Part shown: in pieces, positions 28,346 through 37,493 of the stretch
Layout: every line of letters starts with the position of its first letter
Numbering within the stretch: the first letter of the stretch is position 1
Source: Xanthobacteraceae bacterium
GTDB lineage: Bacteria > Pseudomonadota > Alphaproteobacteria > Rhizobiales > Xanthobacteraceae
Assembly: GCA_039808365.1 (NCBI GenBank)
Contig: JBDHSX010000002.1
Location: forward strand, 21,580-85,579
Reading direction: 5' to 3'
DNA: 64,000 nt
Made by a program: the position numbers and the translations under genes
The notes under the pieces: model-generated
Database searches by the model: none
What the model saw: only the letters and a program-made list of their open reading frames with translations
Told to the model about the DNA's origin: nothing

Positions 28346-30880
28346 ATGACCGAGCCGAACAAACTTCCCCGTCACGACCTGCCCGACCATCGGCCGGTGG
28401 CCGGCGGCATCGCCGCGCGCGCCCGCGCCGCCGCCGCGCCGCCCTACCTCGCCGCGCTCAATCCCGAGCAGCGCGAGGCGGTGGAGACGCTCGACGGCCC
28501 GGTGCTGGTGCTGGCGGGCGCGGGCACCGGCAAGACGCGGGTTCTGACCTCGCGGATCGCCCATATCCTCTCCACCGGCCGCGCCCGGCCGCACGAAATC
28601 CTGTCGGTGACCTTCACCAACAAGGCGGCGCGCGAGATGAAGACCCGGCTCGGCCAGATGCTCGGCCAGGCGGTCGAGGGCATGCCGTGGCTCGGCACCT
28701 TCCATTCGATCGGCGGCCGCATCCTGCGGGTCCATGCCGAGTTGGTGCAGCTGAAATCCAACTTCACCGTGCTCGACGTCGACGATCAGGTGCGGCTCCT
28801 GAAGCAATTGCTGCAAGCCGACGGCATCGACGACAAGCGCTGGCCGGCGCGGATGCTGGCCGGGCTGATCGACGGCTGGAAGAACCGCGGGCTGACGCCG
28901 TCGCAGGTGCCCCCCGGCGAGGCCGCCGTGTTCGGCAATGGCCGCGGCGGCAAGCTCTACGCCGCCTATCAGGAGCGGCTGAAGACGCTCAACGCCGCCG
29001 ACTTCGGCGACCTGCTGCTGGAGAACATCCGGCTGTTCCGCGACAACCCGGACGTGCTGCGCGGCTATCAGAACCGCTTCAAATTCATCCTGGTGGACGA
29101 ATATCAGGACACCAACGTCGCGCAATATCTGTGGCTCAGGCTGCTGGCGCAGACGTCTCAAACCTCTCCCCGTCGGGGAGAGGTCGGCGAGCGAAGCGAG
29201 CCGGGTGAGGGGGAGCCGGCTTTCGACAGGTCGATCTCCCCTCACCCCATCCCTCTCCCCAACGGGGAGAAGGAGCAGGCCGCGCCAGTGGCGACGCTCG
29301 ACATCCGGCAGAAAAACATCTGCTGCGTCGGCGACGACGACCAGTCGATCTACGGCTGGCGCGGCGCCGAGGTCGACAACATCCTGCGCTTCGACCACGA
29401 TTTTCCCGGCGCGAAGATCATCCGGCTGGAACGCAACTACCGCTCCACCGGCCACATCCTCGCCGCCGCCTCGCACCTGATCGCCCACAACGAGAGCCGC
29501 CTCGGCAAGACCCTGCGCACCGAGGATGTCGCGGGCGAGAAGGTCACCGTCACCGGGGCGTGGGATTCCGAGGAGGAAGCCCGCGCCATCGGCGAGGAGA
29601 TCGAGCAGTTGCAGCGCGCCGGCGACAGACTGAATGAAATCGCCATCCTGGTGCGCGCCTCGTTCCAGATGCGCGAATTCGAGGACCGCTTCGTCACCCT
29701 CGGCCTGCCCTATCGCGTGATCGGCGGCCCGCGCTTCTACGAGCGCGCCGAGATCCGCGACGCGCTGGCCTATCTGCGCGTCATCAACTCGCCGGCCGAC
29801 GATCTCGCCTTCGAGCGCATCGTCAATGTGCCGAAGCGCGGCATCGGCGACGCCACCGTGCAGTTGCTGCACGATCACGCCCGCAAGCGCCGCATGCCGC
29901 TGTCGGAGGCCGCGCGCGCCGTGGCCGAGACCGACGAGTTGAAGCCGAAGGCGCGCGGCGCGCTGCGCGCGCTGATGGACAGCTTTGATCGCTGGCGGAT
30001 GCGCAGCCAGGCGATCCCGCACACCGAACTGGCGGAAATCGTGCTGGATGAGTCCGGCTACACCGAGATGTGGCAGAAGGACCGCTCGGCCGACGCCGCC
30101 GGCCGGCTCGAAAACCTCAAGGAGCTGGTGCGCTCGATGGAGGAATTCGAGAACCTGCAAGGTTTTCTCGAACACATCGCGCTGGTGATGGACCGCGACG
30201 GCGGCCCCGACGAGGAGGCGGTGTCGCTGATGACGCTGCATTCCGCCAAGGGCCTGGAATTCGACAACGTGTTCCTGCCGGGCTGGGAGGAAGGGCTGTT
30301 TCCGCACCAGCGCGCGCTGGACGAACAGGGCCGCGCCGGGCTTGAGGAGGAACGCCGCCTCGCCCATGTCGGCATCACGCGCGCGAGGCGGCGTGCAAAG
30401 CTCTACTTCGCCACCAACCGCCGCATCCACGGCACCTGGTCGACCACGGTGCCGTCGCGTTTCCTCGACGAACTGCCGGCGGACAATGTCGAGATCACCG
30501 AGTCGAAAGGCGGCGCCGGCTGGGGCGGGACGAGCCACTACGGCGCTTCGCGGTTCGACAATCTGGAAGCGTTCGGCTCGCACTACGCGACCCCGGGCTG
30601 GCAGCGCGCGCAGGCCAACCGCACCCGCGGCGGCTTCAACGAGAGCGGCGCGGCCTACGGCAGCGGCGGCGCGCGCCGCGCCCGCGCGCCGCTCACCATC
30701 GAGGGCGAACTGATCGCGAAATCGACCGGCACCACGTCGGAGTATTCGACTGGCGACCGGGTGTTTCACCAGAAGTTCGGCTATGGCCGCATCGTCAGGA
30801 TCGACGGCAACAAGCTCTCCATCGCCTTTGACAAGGCCGGCGAGAAAAAGGTGGTCGACAGTTTCGTGCAGCGGGCATAG
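28346..30880 (+). CDS. uvrD: UvrD/PcrA/Rep-family ATP-dependent DNA helicase (carries an in-frame repeat-derived insertion)
   Basis: Motifs present: LNPEQREAV; Walker A [12 protein letters not shown]; motif II DEYQDTN (29096-); motif [17 protein letters not shown] (29327-); motif V/VI region [15 protein letters not shown]...[10 protein letters not shown]. Start chosen at MTEPNKL (28346). Confidence 0.9.
   Translation: [844 protein letters not shown]
29163..29275. repeat. Palindromic REP-like element embedded in frame inside uvrD
   Basis: Serial GC-rich palindromes: ctctccccgtcggggagag, ggtgagggggag...ctcccctcacc, ctctccccaacggggagaag. The style matches the extragenic repeat at 2281-2335. 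It translates as [36 protein letters not shown]. Confidence 0.7.
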
Positions 30881-30883
30881 TTC

Positions 30884-30907
30884 AGGCCCGGAGTTGTCTC
30901 CGGGCCT
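30884..30907. terminator. Perfect 10-bp hairpin between convergent genes (possible bidirectional terminator)
   Basis: aggcccggag-ttgt-ctccgggcct lies 4 nt after the uvrD stop. No clear U-tract on either strand. Confidence 0.35.
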
Positions 30908-30927
30908 TCATGATTGTCGCGCGCGTC

Positions 30928-31281
30928 TCAACGGCGATGGCAATGGAAGCGGTGATGCCTGTCATAATATCCATGGCAACGCTTGCCGCGATAGGGACCG
31001 CGGTCCGGGATGCCGAGAACGCCGTTGACGCCGCCCACTACGCCACCAACGCCGGCGCCGATGGCGCCTCCGACCGCGCCGCCAACCGGGCCGGCGGCGC
31101 GATTGCCTTCATACGCGCCCTGATTGGCGCCGCGCTCCATGCCCCTGATCACCCCCTGGGCGTGCGCCAGACCGGGCGCGGCGAACAGCGCCGCCGTCAG
31201 CGCGGCCATCGCCAGATACAGGCGCGGCGAGACTCGGGATGGCAAGGCAATGGCCTGGGTTGTCGCGGCTCGAACGATCAT
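30928..31281 (-). CDS. Small secreted glycine-zipper protein with a Cys/His-rich basic C-terminus
   Basis: Signal-like RLYLAMAALTAALFAAPGLAHA is followed by GPVGGAVGGAIGAGVGGVVGGVNGVLG (GxxxG zipper) and then KRCHGYYDRHHRFHCHRR. The start is uncertain (ATG at 31281 or an internal Met). Confidence 0.55.
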   Translation of the reverse strand: MIVRAATTQAIALPSRVSPRLYLAMAALTAALFAAPGLAHAQGVIRGMERGANQGAYEGNRAAGPVGGAVGGAIGAGVGGVVGGVNGVLGIPDRGPYRGKRCHGYYDRHHRFHCHRR

Positions 31282-31501
31282 CGGGACTCCATGCGGTTGG
31301 CCGAACGGAAAATGCCGGCGCATCGGGACGGATTGTCCACGGTAACGCACGAGATCGCGATTGGTTGCCGCGCCGTTAAGATTGATCAGGCATGGGACTG
31401 GTGCCGGTGCCGGATCATGGGCATATAGTCGGCGGGGACGGGCGAGCGAGTTGCGATTTCGGGCGGCAGGCCAGGAATCGGATCTGGAGGCCAGGATACA
31501 C

Positions 31502-32350
31502 ATGAGTTCGCAACACAGGCGTTCGTTGCTCGTTCCCGTTGCCGCCCTGATGCTGATGGCCGCTCCCGCCGCCGCGCTGGCCAAGGTCTCCATCACCGTC
31601 GACAAGGACAATCAGATCATGACGGTCGCCGTCGATGGCGTGGAGCGCTATCAATGGCCGGTGTCGACCGGCAATCCGTCGCACGAGACGCCCAACGGCA
31701 ATTTCCGGACCTTCCGCATGGAGGAAGACCACTACTCCAAGGAGTTCGACGACGCGCCGATGCCGCATTCGATCTTCTTCACCAAGCAGGGTCACGCGAT
31801 CCACGGCACGTTTTCGGAAAAGAGCCTCGGCGCGCCGGTGTCGCACGGTTGCGTCCGGATTTCGCGCGCCAATGCCGCGACGCTCTATGACTTGGTGAAG
31901 CGCGACGGCCTGCTCACCACCACGGTAACGCTGACCGGCTCGTCGCGCGTCGCCCTCGCCCATGGCAAGGGCAAATCGAAGACCGCGGTGGCGCGCCGCG
32001 ATCCGGCTGCGGACGACTTCCAGACTGGCTACGACGCCGCCGGCAACCCGGTCGACCTGACACCGCCGGCGCCCCGGCCGTCGCGCCCGCCGCTGCCGCA
32101 GCAGCAGATCACGCGCGACGACGACGGCTACATCTATCCCGCCGACGGCAGCAGCAGCGACCGGCGCTATCCATCGCCGCGCCCCTATCGTCGCCCCGCC
32201 CAGGGACAAGTCTACGTCGATCAGTACGGCCAGCAATACGCGGTGCCGCGCGGCTACGCCACGCCGGACTATTATGGCGCGCAGCAGGGCTATTACGCCC
32301 CGCCGCGCCCCTACCTGCGGCCGCGCGGGCTGTTTTCCGACATGGATTGA
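31502..32350 (+). CDS. L,D-transpeptidase (YkuD domain) with a Pro/Tyr/Gln-rich C-terminal tail
   Basis: Signal peptide is MSSQHRRSLLVPVAALMLMAAPAAALA. YkuD catalytic motif is HGTFSEKSLGAPVSHGCVRIS. A GGAGG SD lies upstream. Confidence 0.88.
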   Translation: MSSQHRRSLLVPVAALMLMAAPAAALAKVSITVDKDNQIMTVAVDGVERYQWPVSTGNPSHETPNGNFRTFRMEEDHYSKEFDDAPMPHSIFFTKQGHAIHGTFSEKSLGAPVSHGCVRISRANAATLYDLVKRDGLLTTTVTLTGSSRVALAHGKGKSKTAVARRDPAADDFQTGYDAAGNPVDLTPPAPRPSRPPLPQQQITRDDDGYIYPADGSSSDRRYPSPRPYRRPAQGQVYVDQYGQQYAVPRGYATPDYYGAQQGYYAPPRPYLRPRGLFSDMD

Positions 32351-32370
32351 AATACGTCAGACCTATCAGC

Positions 32371-32452
32371 CGTCATTGCGAGCGTAGCAAAGCAATCCAG
32401 TCTTCCTTGAAAAATCAGGATTGCTTCGTCGCTTGCACTCCTCGCAACGACG
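32371..32452. repeat. Family-A palindromic repeat
   Basis: cgtcattgcgagcgtagcaaagcaatccag...ggattgcttcgtcgcttgcactcctcgcaacgacg. It lies between convergent 3' ends. Confidence 0.85.
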
Positions 32453-32473
32453 GGCAGGAGTGATTCCATCACC

Positions 32474-34732
32474 TCAATCGTCGCCGTCGCGCAGCCGTCG
32501 CCACGCCGCGCCGAGGATGTTCGAATAATCGTCGGTCCAGACCCGCTGATCGGCGGGCGCGGTGGTTTTGACCCATTTCTCGTCCGCCGCGAGGTCGCCG
32601 ATATCGGCCACATCCCGCGCCGAGAGCACCACATCGGTGGTGAACACGTAAGCATCGTCGCGGCCGGAATCCTCGTTGAAACGCCAGCTCGTCAGCCCGT
32701 TGGCGTCGGCGATGCCGGCCGCGACGCCGGCGAGATCGAGGTGCCGGTTGGAGACGTGCATCAGCACCGCGCCCCGCGGCGCCAGCTTGGCGCGGTAGAT
32801 CGCCATCGCCTCGCGGGTGGCGAGATGGACCGGAATGGCGTCGGACGAATAGGCGTCGACGATGACGAGGTCATATCCGCCATCCGGCTCGCGCGCGAAG
32901 GTGAGCCGGGCGTCGCCCAGCACCGGCCGCATCTCGGGCATGCACTTGGCCATGAAGGTGAAGTGGCGCGGATCGCGCGCGGTGTCGATCATGGTCTGGT
33001 CGATCTCGAAAAACCGCCAATCCTCGCCGGGCTCGGCGGCGCAGGCCAGCGTCCCGGCGCCGAGACCGATCACCGCGACGCGGATCGGCCCGTTCTTGCG
33101 GGCGCGGATCGCGGCGATGGCCCGTCCGATGCCGCCGTCCTGGGCGTAGTAGGAAATCGGCTCGGGACGGCCGGTGACCCTGGTGCCGTCGTCGTTCAGC
33201 ATCCGCTCGGCGCCGTGGATCGTGGTGCCGTGCATCAGCACGTGAAAGCGGCCGTCGGGGGTCGCCACGATCTTGTGGACGCCGAAGAAGCTGCGCACCG
33301 TGGTCACCCGCCCCTCGTCCGCCGAATAGACCCGCAGCAGCAGCAACGCCAGCGCCACGGTGGCCGCGACCTGCCAGCGATTGCCGCGCGGCACCAGCGC
33401 GACCAGCGCCGCCAGCACGCCCAGCGCGCCGATGACGTAGATGCGCCGTTCATCCAGCCAGTCGAACCACGCGCCGCCGCTGACCGCCGGCAACGCCAGC
33501 GCCGCCGCCAGCAGCGCCAGCACTGCCCAGTACCAGCGGGCGAGCCTCGGCCAGCGCTCGCGGAGCGGCGGCCGGCACAGCGCCGCGAGAACGATCAGGA
33601 TCGGATATTCGGCGATCCACGAGAAGGTGAACGGCGCGATCAGGCCGGCGAACAGGCCGCCGACCATGCCGCCGAACGACAGCGCGACATAGAACCCGGT
33701 GAGATGGCGCGGCGCCGGGCGGGTGCGCGCCAGTTCGCCGTGGCAGGCCATCGCAATCACGAAGAAGCAAAGCTGATGACCGCCCAGCATCAGCAGCAGG
33801 TTCCGTTCGCCGCCCATCGCCAGCAGCACGACGGCGCCGGCGATCGCAAATGGCTGCAACGCCAACATCCACTTGTGCGGCAGCAGCGGCCGCGACTGGA
33901 ACACCAGCACCCAGGTCAAGAGATAGAGCGACAGCGGCAGCACCCACAACAGCGGCGCGACGGCGACGTCGGTGGAGATGTGCGCCGTCACCGCGATCAG
34001 GAGGCCGGACGGCACCGCCGCGAGGAAAATCCAGCGCAGGCGGGTGAGCCATGACGGCGGCGGACGATCGTCCGCCGCGTCCGCCACCGGCTCAGCCGCG
34101 ATCGCCCGCGGCGAGCGCAGCAGCGCCACGCCGCAACCGGCGATCAGCACGACCAGCAGCCCGTAGCCGACGGTCCACAGCAGGTTCTGGTCGCGCAGCG
34201 ACAGCACGGGCTCCAGCAGGAACGGATAGGACAACAGCGCCAGAAAGCTGCCGATGTTCGACGAGGCATAAAGGAAATACGGATCGCGCCCGCCGGGGTG
34301 GCCGGTGCGGACGAACCACGCCTGCAACAAGGGATTGTTGGCGGCGAGCGCGAAGAACGGCAGGCCGATCGAGGCCGCGAACAGGCCGAGCAGCCAGACC
34401 GCGTAGCCACCGCCCGGCGGTTCGCCCCACCCCTTCGCGATCGCCAGCGGCAGCGCCGTCAGCGCGACGATCAGCAGCATCAGGTGAATGGCGACGGCGG
34501 CGCGGCCGGGCAGCCGCGTCAGATAATGCGCGTAAAGATAGCCGCCAAGCAGCAGCGACTGAAAGAACACCATCGCCACCGACCACACCGCCGGCGAGCC
34601 GCCGAGCCGCGGCAGCACCATCTTGGTGAACAGCGGCTGCACCGAGAACAGCAATAGCGCGCTCAGGAAGATCGCGGCGGTGTACAGGATCAGGATAACG
34701 CGGTGACGCGTGTCGGCGGGCTCCTGGCGCAA
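32474..34732 (-). CDS. Fused polytopic membrane domain / spermidine-synthase-like methyltransferase-fold protein
   Basis: 752 aa. The N-terminal ~480 aa is highly hydrophobic with many TM spans. The C-terminal domain has VAVIGLGAGTLA...DLVIVDAYSSD, a spermidine-synthase/AdoMet-MTase-like motif. Confidence 0.8.
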   Translation of the reverse strand: MRQEPADTRHRVILILYTAAIFLSALLLFSVQPLFTKMVLPRLGGSPAVWSVAMVFFQSLLLGGYLYAHYLTRLPGRAAVAIHLMLLIVALTALPLAIAKGWGEPPGGGYAVWLLGLFAASIGLPFFALAANNPLLQAWFVRTGHPGGRDPYFLYASSNIGSFLALLSYPFLLEPVLSLRDQNLLWTVGYGLLVVLIAGCGVALLRSPRAIAAEPVADAADDRPPPSWLTRLRWIFLAAVPSGLLIAVTAHISTDVAVAPLLWVLPLSLYLLTWVLVFQSRPLLPHKWMLALQPFAIAGAVVLLAMGGERNLLLMLGGHQLCFFVIAMACHGELARTRPAPRHLTGFYVALSFGGMVGGLFAGLIAPFTFSWIAEYPILIVLAALCRPPLRERWPRLARWYWAVLALLAAALALPAVSGGAWFDWLDERRIYVIGALGVLAALVALVPRGNRWQVAATVALALLLLRVYSADEGRVTTVRSFFGVHKIVATPDGRFHVLMHGTTIHGAERMLNDDGTRVTGRPEPISYYAQDGGIGRAIAAIRARKNGPIRVAVIGLGAGTLACAAEPGEDWRFFEIDQTMIDTARDPRHFTFMAKCMPEMRPVLGDARLTFAREPDGGYDLVIVDAYSSDAIPVHLATREAMAIYRAKLAPRGAVLMHVSNRHLDLAGVAAGIADANGLTSWRFNEDSGRDDAYVFTTDVVLSARDVADIGDLAADEKWVKTTAPADQRVWTDDYSNILGAAWRRLRDGDD

Positions 34733-34841
34733 GTTCGATCTCCCTCAGCAAGGTTACGGCGAGCGCCGCGAGAAAAGGCTGCAACCGGCCCCGCGATCCC
34801 GGTACAGTGAGCGCCAGACATCCCTGCTTCATAACAACAAT

Positions 34842-36449
34842 ATGGCCGAATTGAATACCGACGTTGTCATCATCGGCGCGGGCCACAACGGCCTCACCTG
34901 CGCGGCCTATCTGGCGATGGCGGGCCTCACCGTGCGCGTGGTGGAGCGTCGCGCGGTGGTGGGCGGCGCGGCGGTGACCGAGGAATTTCATCCCGGCTTC
35001 CGCAATTCGGTGGCGGCCTACACCGTCAGCCTGCTCAACCCGAAGGTAATCGCCGACCTCAAGCTGTACGATCACGGCCTCAAAATCGTTGAGCGCCGCG
35101 CGCAAAATTTCCTGCCGACGCCCGGCGGTGACTATCTGCTGACCGGCGAGGGCCGCACGGCGGCCTCATTGGCCCGCCTCAACGCCCGCGACGTCGAACG
35201 CTACGATACGTTCACGCGCGAGTTGGAAGCCATCGCCGACGTGCTGCGGCAACTGGTGCTGCGCGCGCCGCCCAATCTGGTCGCGGGGTTTGGCGCGGGC
35301 GCGATCCGCGAAGGCCTCAACGCGCTCGGCGCGGCCAACGTGCTGCGCGCGCTGCCGATCGAGCGCCAACGGTGGCTGCTCGACCTGTTCACCCGCTCCG
35401 CCGGCGAGATGCTCGACGAGACCTTCGAGGGCGACCTGGTCAAGGCGCTGTTCGGTTTCGACGCCATCGTCGGCAACTACGCCAGCCCCTATGCCGCCGG
35501 CTCCGCCTACGTCATGCTGCACCACGCTTTCGGCGAGGTGAACGGCCGGAAAGGCGCGTGGGGCCACGCCATCGGCGGCATGGGCGCGATCACCCAGGCG
35601 ATGGCGGCTTCCGCGCGTACCCATGGCGCGGAAATCGAAACCGGGGCCGGCGTTCGCGAGGTGACCGTGGAGGCGGGCCGCGCCACCGGCGTCGTGCTCG
35701 ACGACGGCCGTCGCATCCGCGCCCGCTATGTCGCCGCCAACGTCAATCCGAAACTGCTCTATACCCGGCTGGTGCCGAAGGATGCGCTACCGGCGGCGTT
35801 TCTGTCCCGCATCGAACGCTGGCGCAACGGCTCCGGCACCTTCCGGATGAACGTCGCGCTGGCGGCGCTGCCCTCGTTCACGGCGCTGCCCGGCGACGGC
35901 GACCATCTCAGCGCCGGCATCATCATCGCCCCGAGTCTGGGCTACATGGACCGCGCCTGGCGCGACGCCCGCGACCACGGCTGGAGCCGCGCGCCGGTGG
36001 TGGAGATGCTGATTCCGTCCACCCTCGATGGTTCGCTGGCCCCGGCCGGCCGCCACGTCGCCAGTCTGTTCTGCCAGCATGTCGCGCTGGTGCTGCCGGA
36101 CGGCGGGTCATGGGACGACCATCGCGAGGCGGTCGCCGACCTGATGATCGCCACGGTGGACGCTTACGCGCCCGGCTTCGCGGCCAGCGTCATCGGCCGG
36201 CAGGTGCTGTCGCCGCTCGATCTCGAACGCCAGTTCGGCCTTCTCGGCGGCGACATCTTCCACGGCGCGCTGACGCTGAACCAGCTGTTCTCGGCACGGC
36301 CGATGCTCGGCCATGCCGACTATCGCGGACCGCTCAAGGGGCTCTACCATTGCGGCTCGGGCAGCCATCCCGGCGGCGGCGTCACCGGCGCGCCGGGCCA
36401 CAACGCCGCCCGCGCGATCCTGCGCGATCACCGCGCCTTGTTCGGCTGA
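34842..36449 (+). CDS. NAD(P)/FAD-dependent oxidoreductase, phytoene-desaturase (CrtI-like) family
   Basis: Starts MAELNTDVVIIGAGHNGLTCAAYLAMAGLTVRVVERR (Rossmann dinucleotide motif). Length ~535 aa. The C-terminal GSGSHPGGGVTGAPG is typical of this family. Confidence 0.85.
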   Translation: MAELNTDVVIIGAGHNGLTCAAYLAMAGLTVRVVERRAVVGGAAVTEEFHPGFRNSVAAYTVSLLNPKVIADLKLYDHGLKIVERRAQNFLPTPGGDYLLTGEGRTAASLARLNARDVERYDTFTRELEAIADVLRQLVLRAPPNLVAGFGAGAIREGLNALGAANVLRALPIERQRWLLDLFTRSAGEMLDETFEGDLVKALFGFDAIVGNYASPYAAGSAYVMLHHAFGEVNGRKGAWGHAIGGMGAITQAMAASARTHGAEIETGAGVREVTVEAGRATGVVLDDGRRIRARYVAANVNPKLLYTRLVPKDALPAAFLSRIERWRNGSGTFRMNVALAALPSFTALPGDGDHLSAGIIIAPSLGYMDRAWRDARDHGWSRAPVVEMLIPSTLDGSLAPAGRHVASLFCQHVALVLPDGGSWDDHREAVADLMIATVDAYAPGFAASVIGRQVLSPLDLERQFGLLGGDIFHGALTLNQLFSARPMLGHADYRGPLKGLYHCGSGSHPGGGVTGAPGHNAARAILRDHRALFG

Positions 36450-36693
36450 GGCTTCGTTCACTCTCCATGCGGCGAAAAGCACCTCTCCGGTGGCTGGACA
36501 AGTCCGGCAATATCCTTGCTGATAACGACCGAGGGCACGACGCGGACGGCAGAGAGTCGCCGTCAGGCCCAGGAGCGCGCGGTTCTGATTGATGAGGTGC
36601 GCTGCCGCCGGCGCGCCGTCCTCTCCGCGGAAAAGCGACCGGCGAGGTCGCAAGGGAGCACACACCGCAGGCACACATCGCAAGGGGGCGCAC

Positions 36694-37218
36694 ATGGAAT
36701 CGATCATTCGCTTCGCGCTGAGCAACTTTACGCTGACATTCGTCATCCTCGGCCTTGTCGCCTCAGCCATCGCGCTTGCCCGAGCGCCGAAACCGCTGAC
36801 CGCGCCGGTCGTCGTCGAGGCGCTGTTGTCCTACTTCATCTTGTTCTCGGTGGGCGTCAGCTTTTTCTACAATTTCGTCATGCATACGTTCTTCGGCGAG
36901 ATGAGCGCGGCGTTCATCGGCTGGGCCGACAGCCCGTTCCAGGCCGAAGTCGGCTATGCCAGTCTCGGCTTCGCGCTGATCGGCTTCCTCGCCTTTCGCG
37001 GCGGCTTCGAGATACGCCTCGCCGCGGTCACCGGCATTGCCGCATTCCTGTGGGGCGCGGCTGCCGGCCATATCCACGAGATTGTCCATGCCGGCAATTT
37101 CGCCTCCGGCAACGCCGGGATCATTCTCTATACCGACATTTTTCTGCCGCTCGCCGGCTTCGTCCTGCTGTGGCTGCAACACCGGTATCGCGACGCAAGC
37201 CCGCCGCCCCGGCGCTGA
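36694..37218 (+). CDS. Hypothetical integral membrane protein (about 5 TM)
   Basis: Starts MESIIRFALSNFTLTFVILGLVASAIAL, with further hydrophobic spans. An AAGGGGG SD lies 8 nt upstream. I cannot assign a family with confidence. Confidence 0.65.
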   Translation: MESIIRFALSNFTLTFVILGLVASAIALARAPKPLTAPVVVEALLSYFILFSVGVSFFYNFVMHTFFGEMSAAFIGWADSPFQAEVGYASLGFALIGFLAFRGGFEIRLAAVTGIAAFLWGAAAGHIHEIVHAGNFASGNAGIILYTDIFLPLAGFVLLWLQHRYRDASPPPRR

Positions 37219-37493
37219 ATGCTCCGCGCAGCGTCGCGCGATCGACCGCTCGGCCCTGATCGCGCCCGGCCGGGATATCCTGGGGACAACCTTGTGGGCA
37301 AGATGTTGAAAAATCGCCTGCGAGTCTGTGGACTACCCTCTCGACAGGCTGGGGAAGCGGGCCTGGACAAAGCGGCGGCGACCCGGTGTGCAACTACTCC
37401 GTCATGAGGTGGAAAACTCTTGAATTGCCGGTGGGCCGCATGTGAACAAGGAGGCTTCACAGCAGCCTTTGTCTCTCCCATGACAATCCTCTC

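Noticed and set aside
28304-30769. 821-aa minus-strand ORF opposite uvrD. Similar long antisense ORFs occur at 41505-43940, 47646-49433, 8052-9968, 5711-7144, 59187-60677 and 60091-61851.
   Set aside because: All lie opposite genes with unambiguous catalytic motifs (helicase, ligase/RecN, FtsZ, MiaA/SerB, IlvI, MurD, MraY). All translate to R/A/G/P/H-rich sequences without motifs. They are GC-driven absence-of-stop artefacts.
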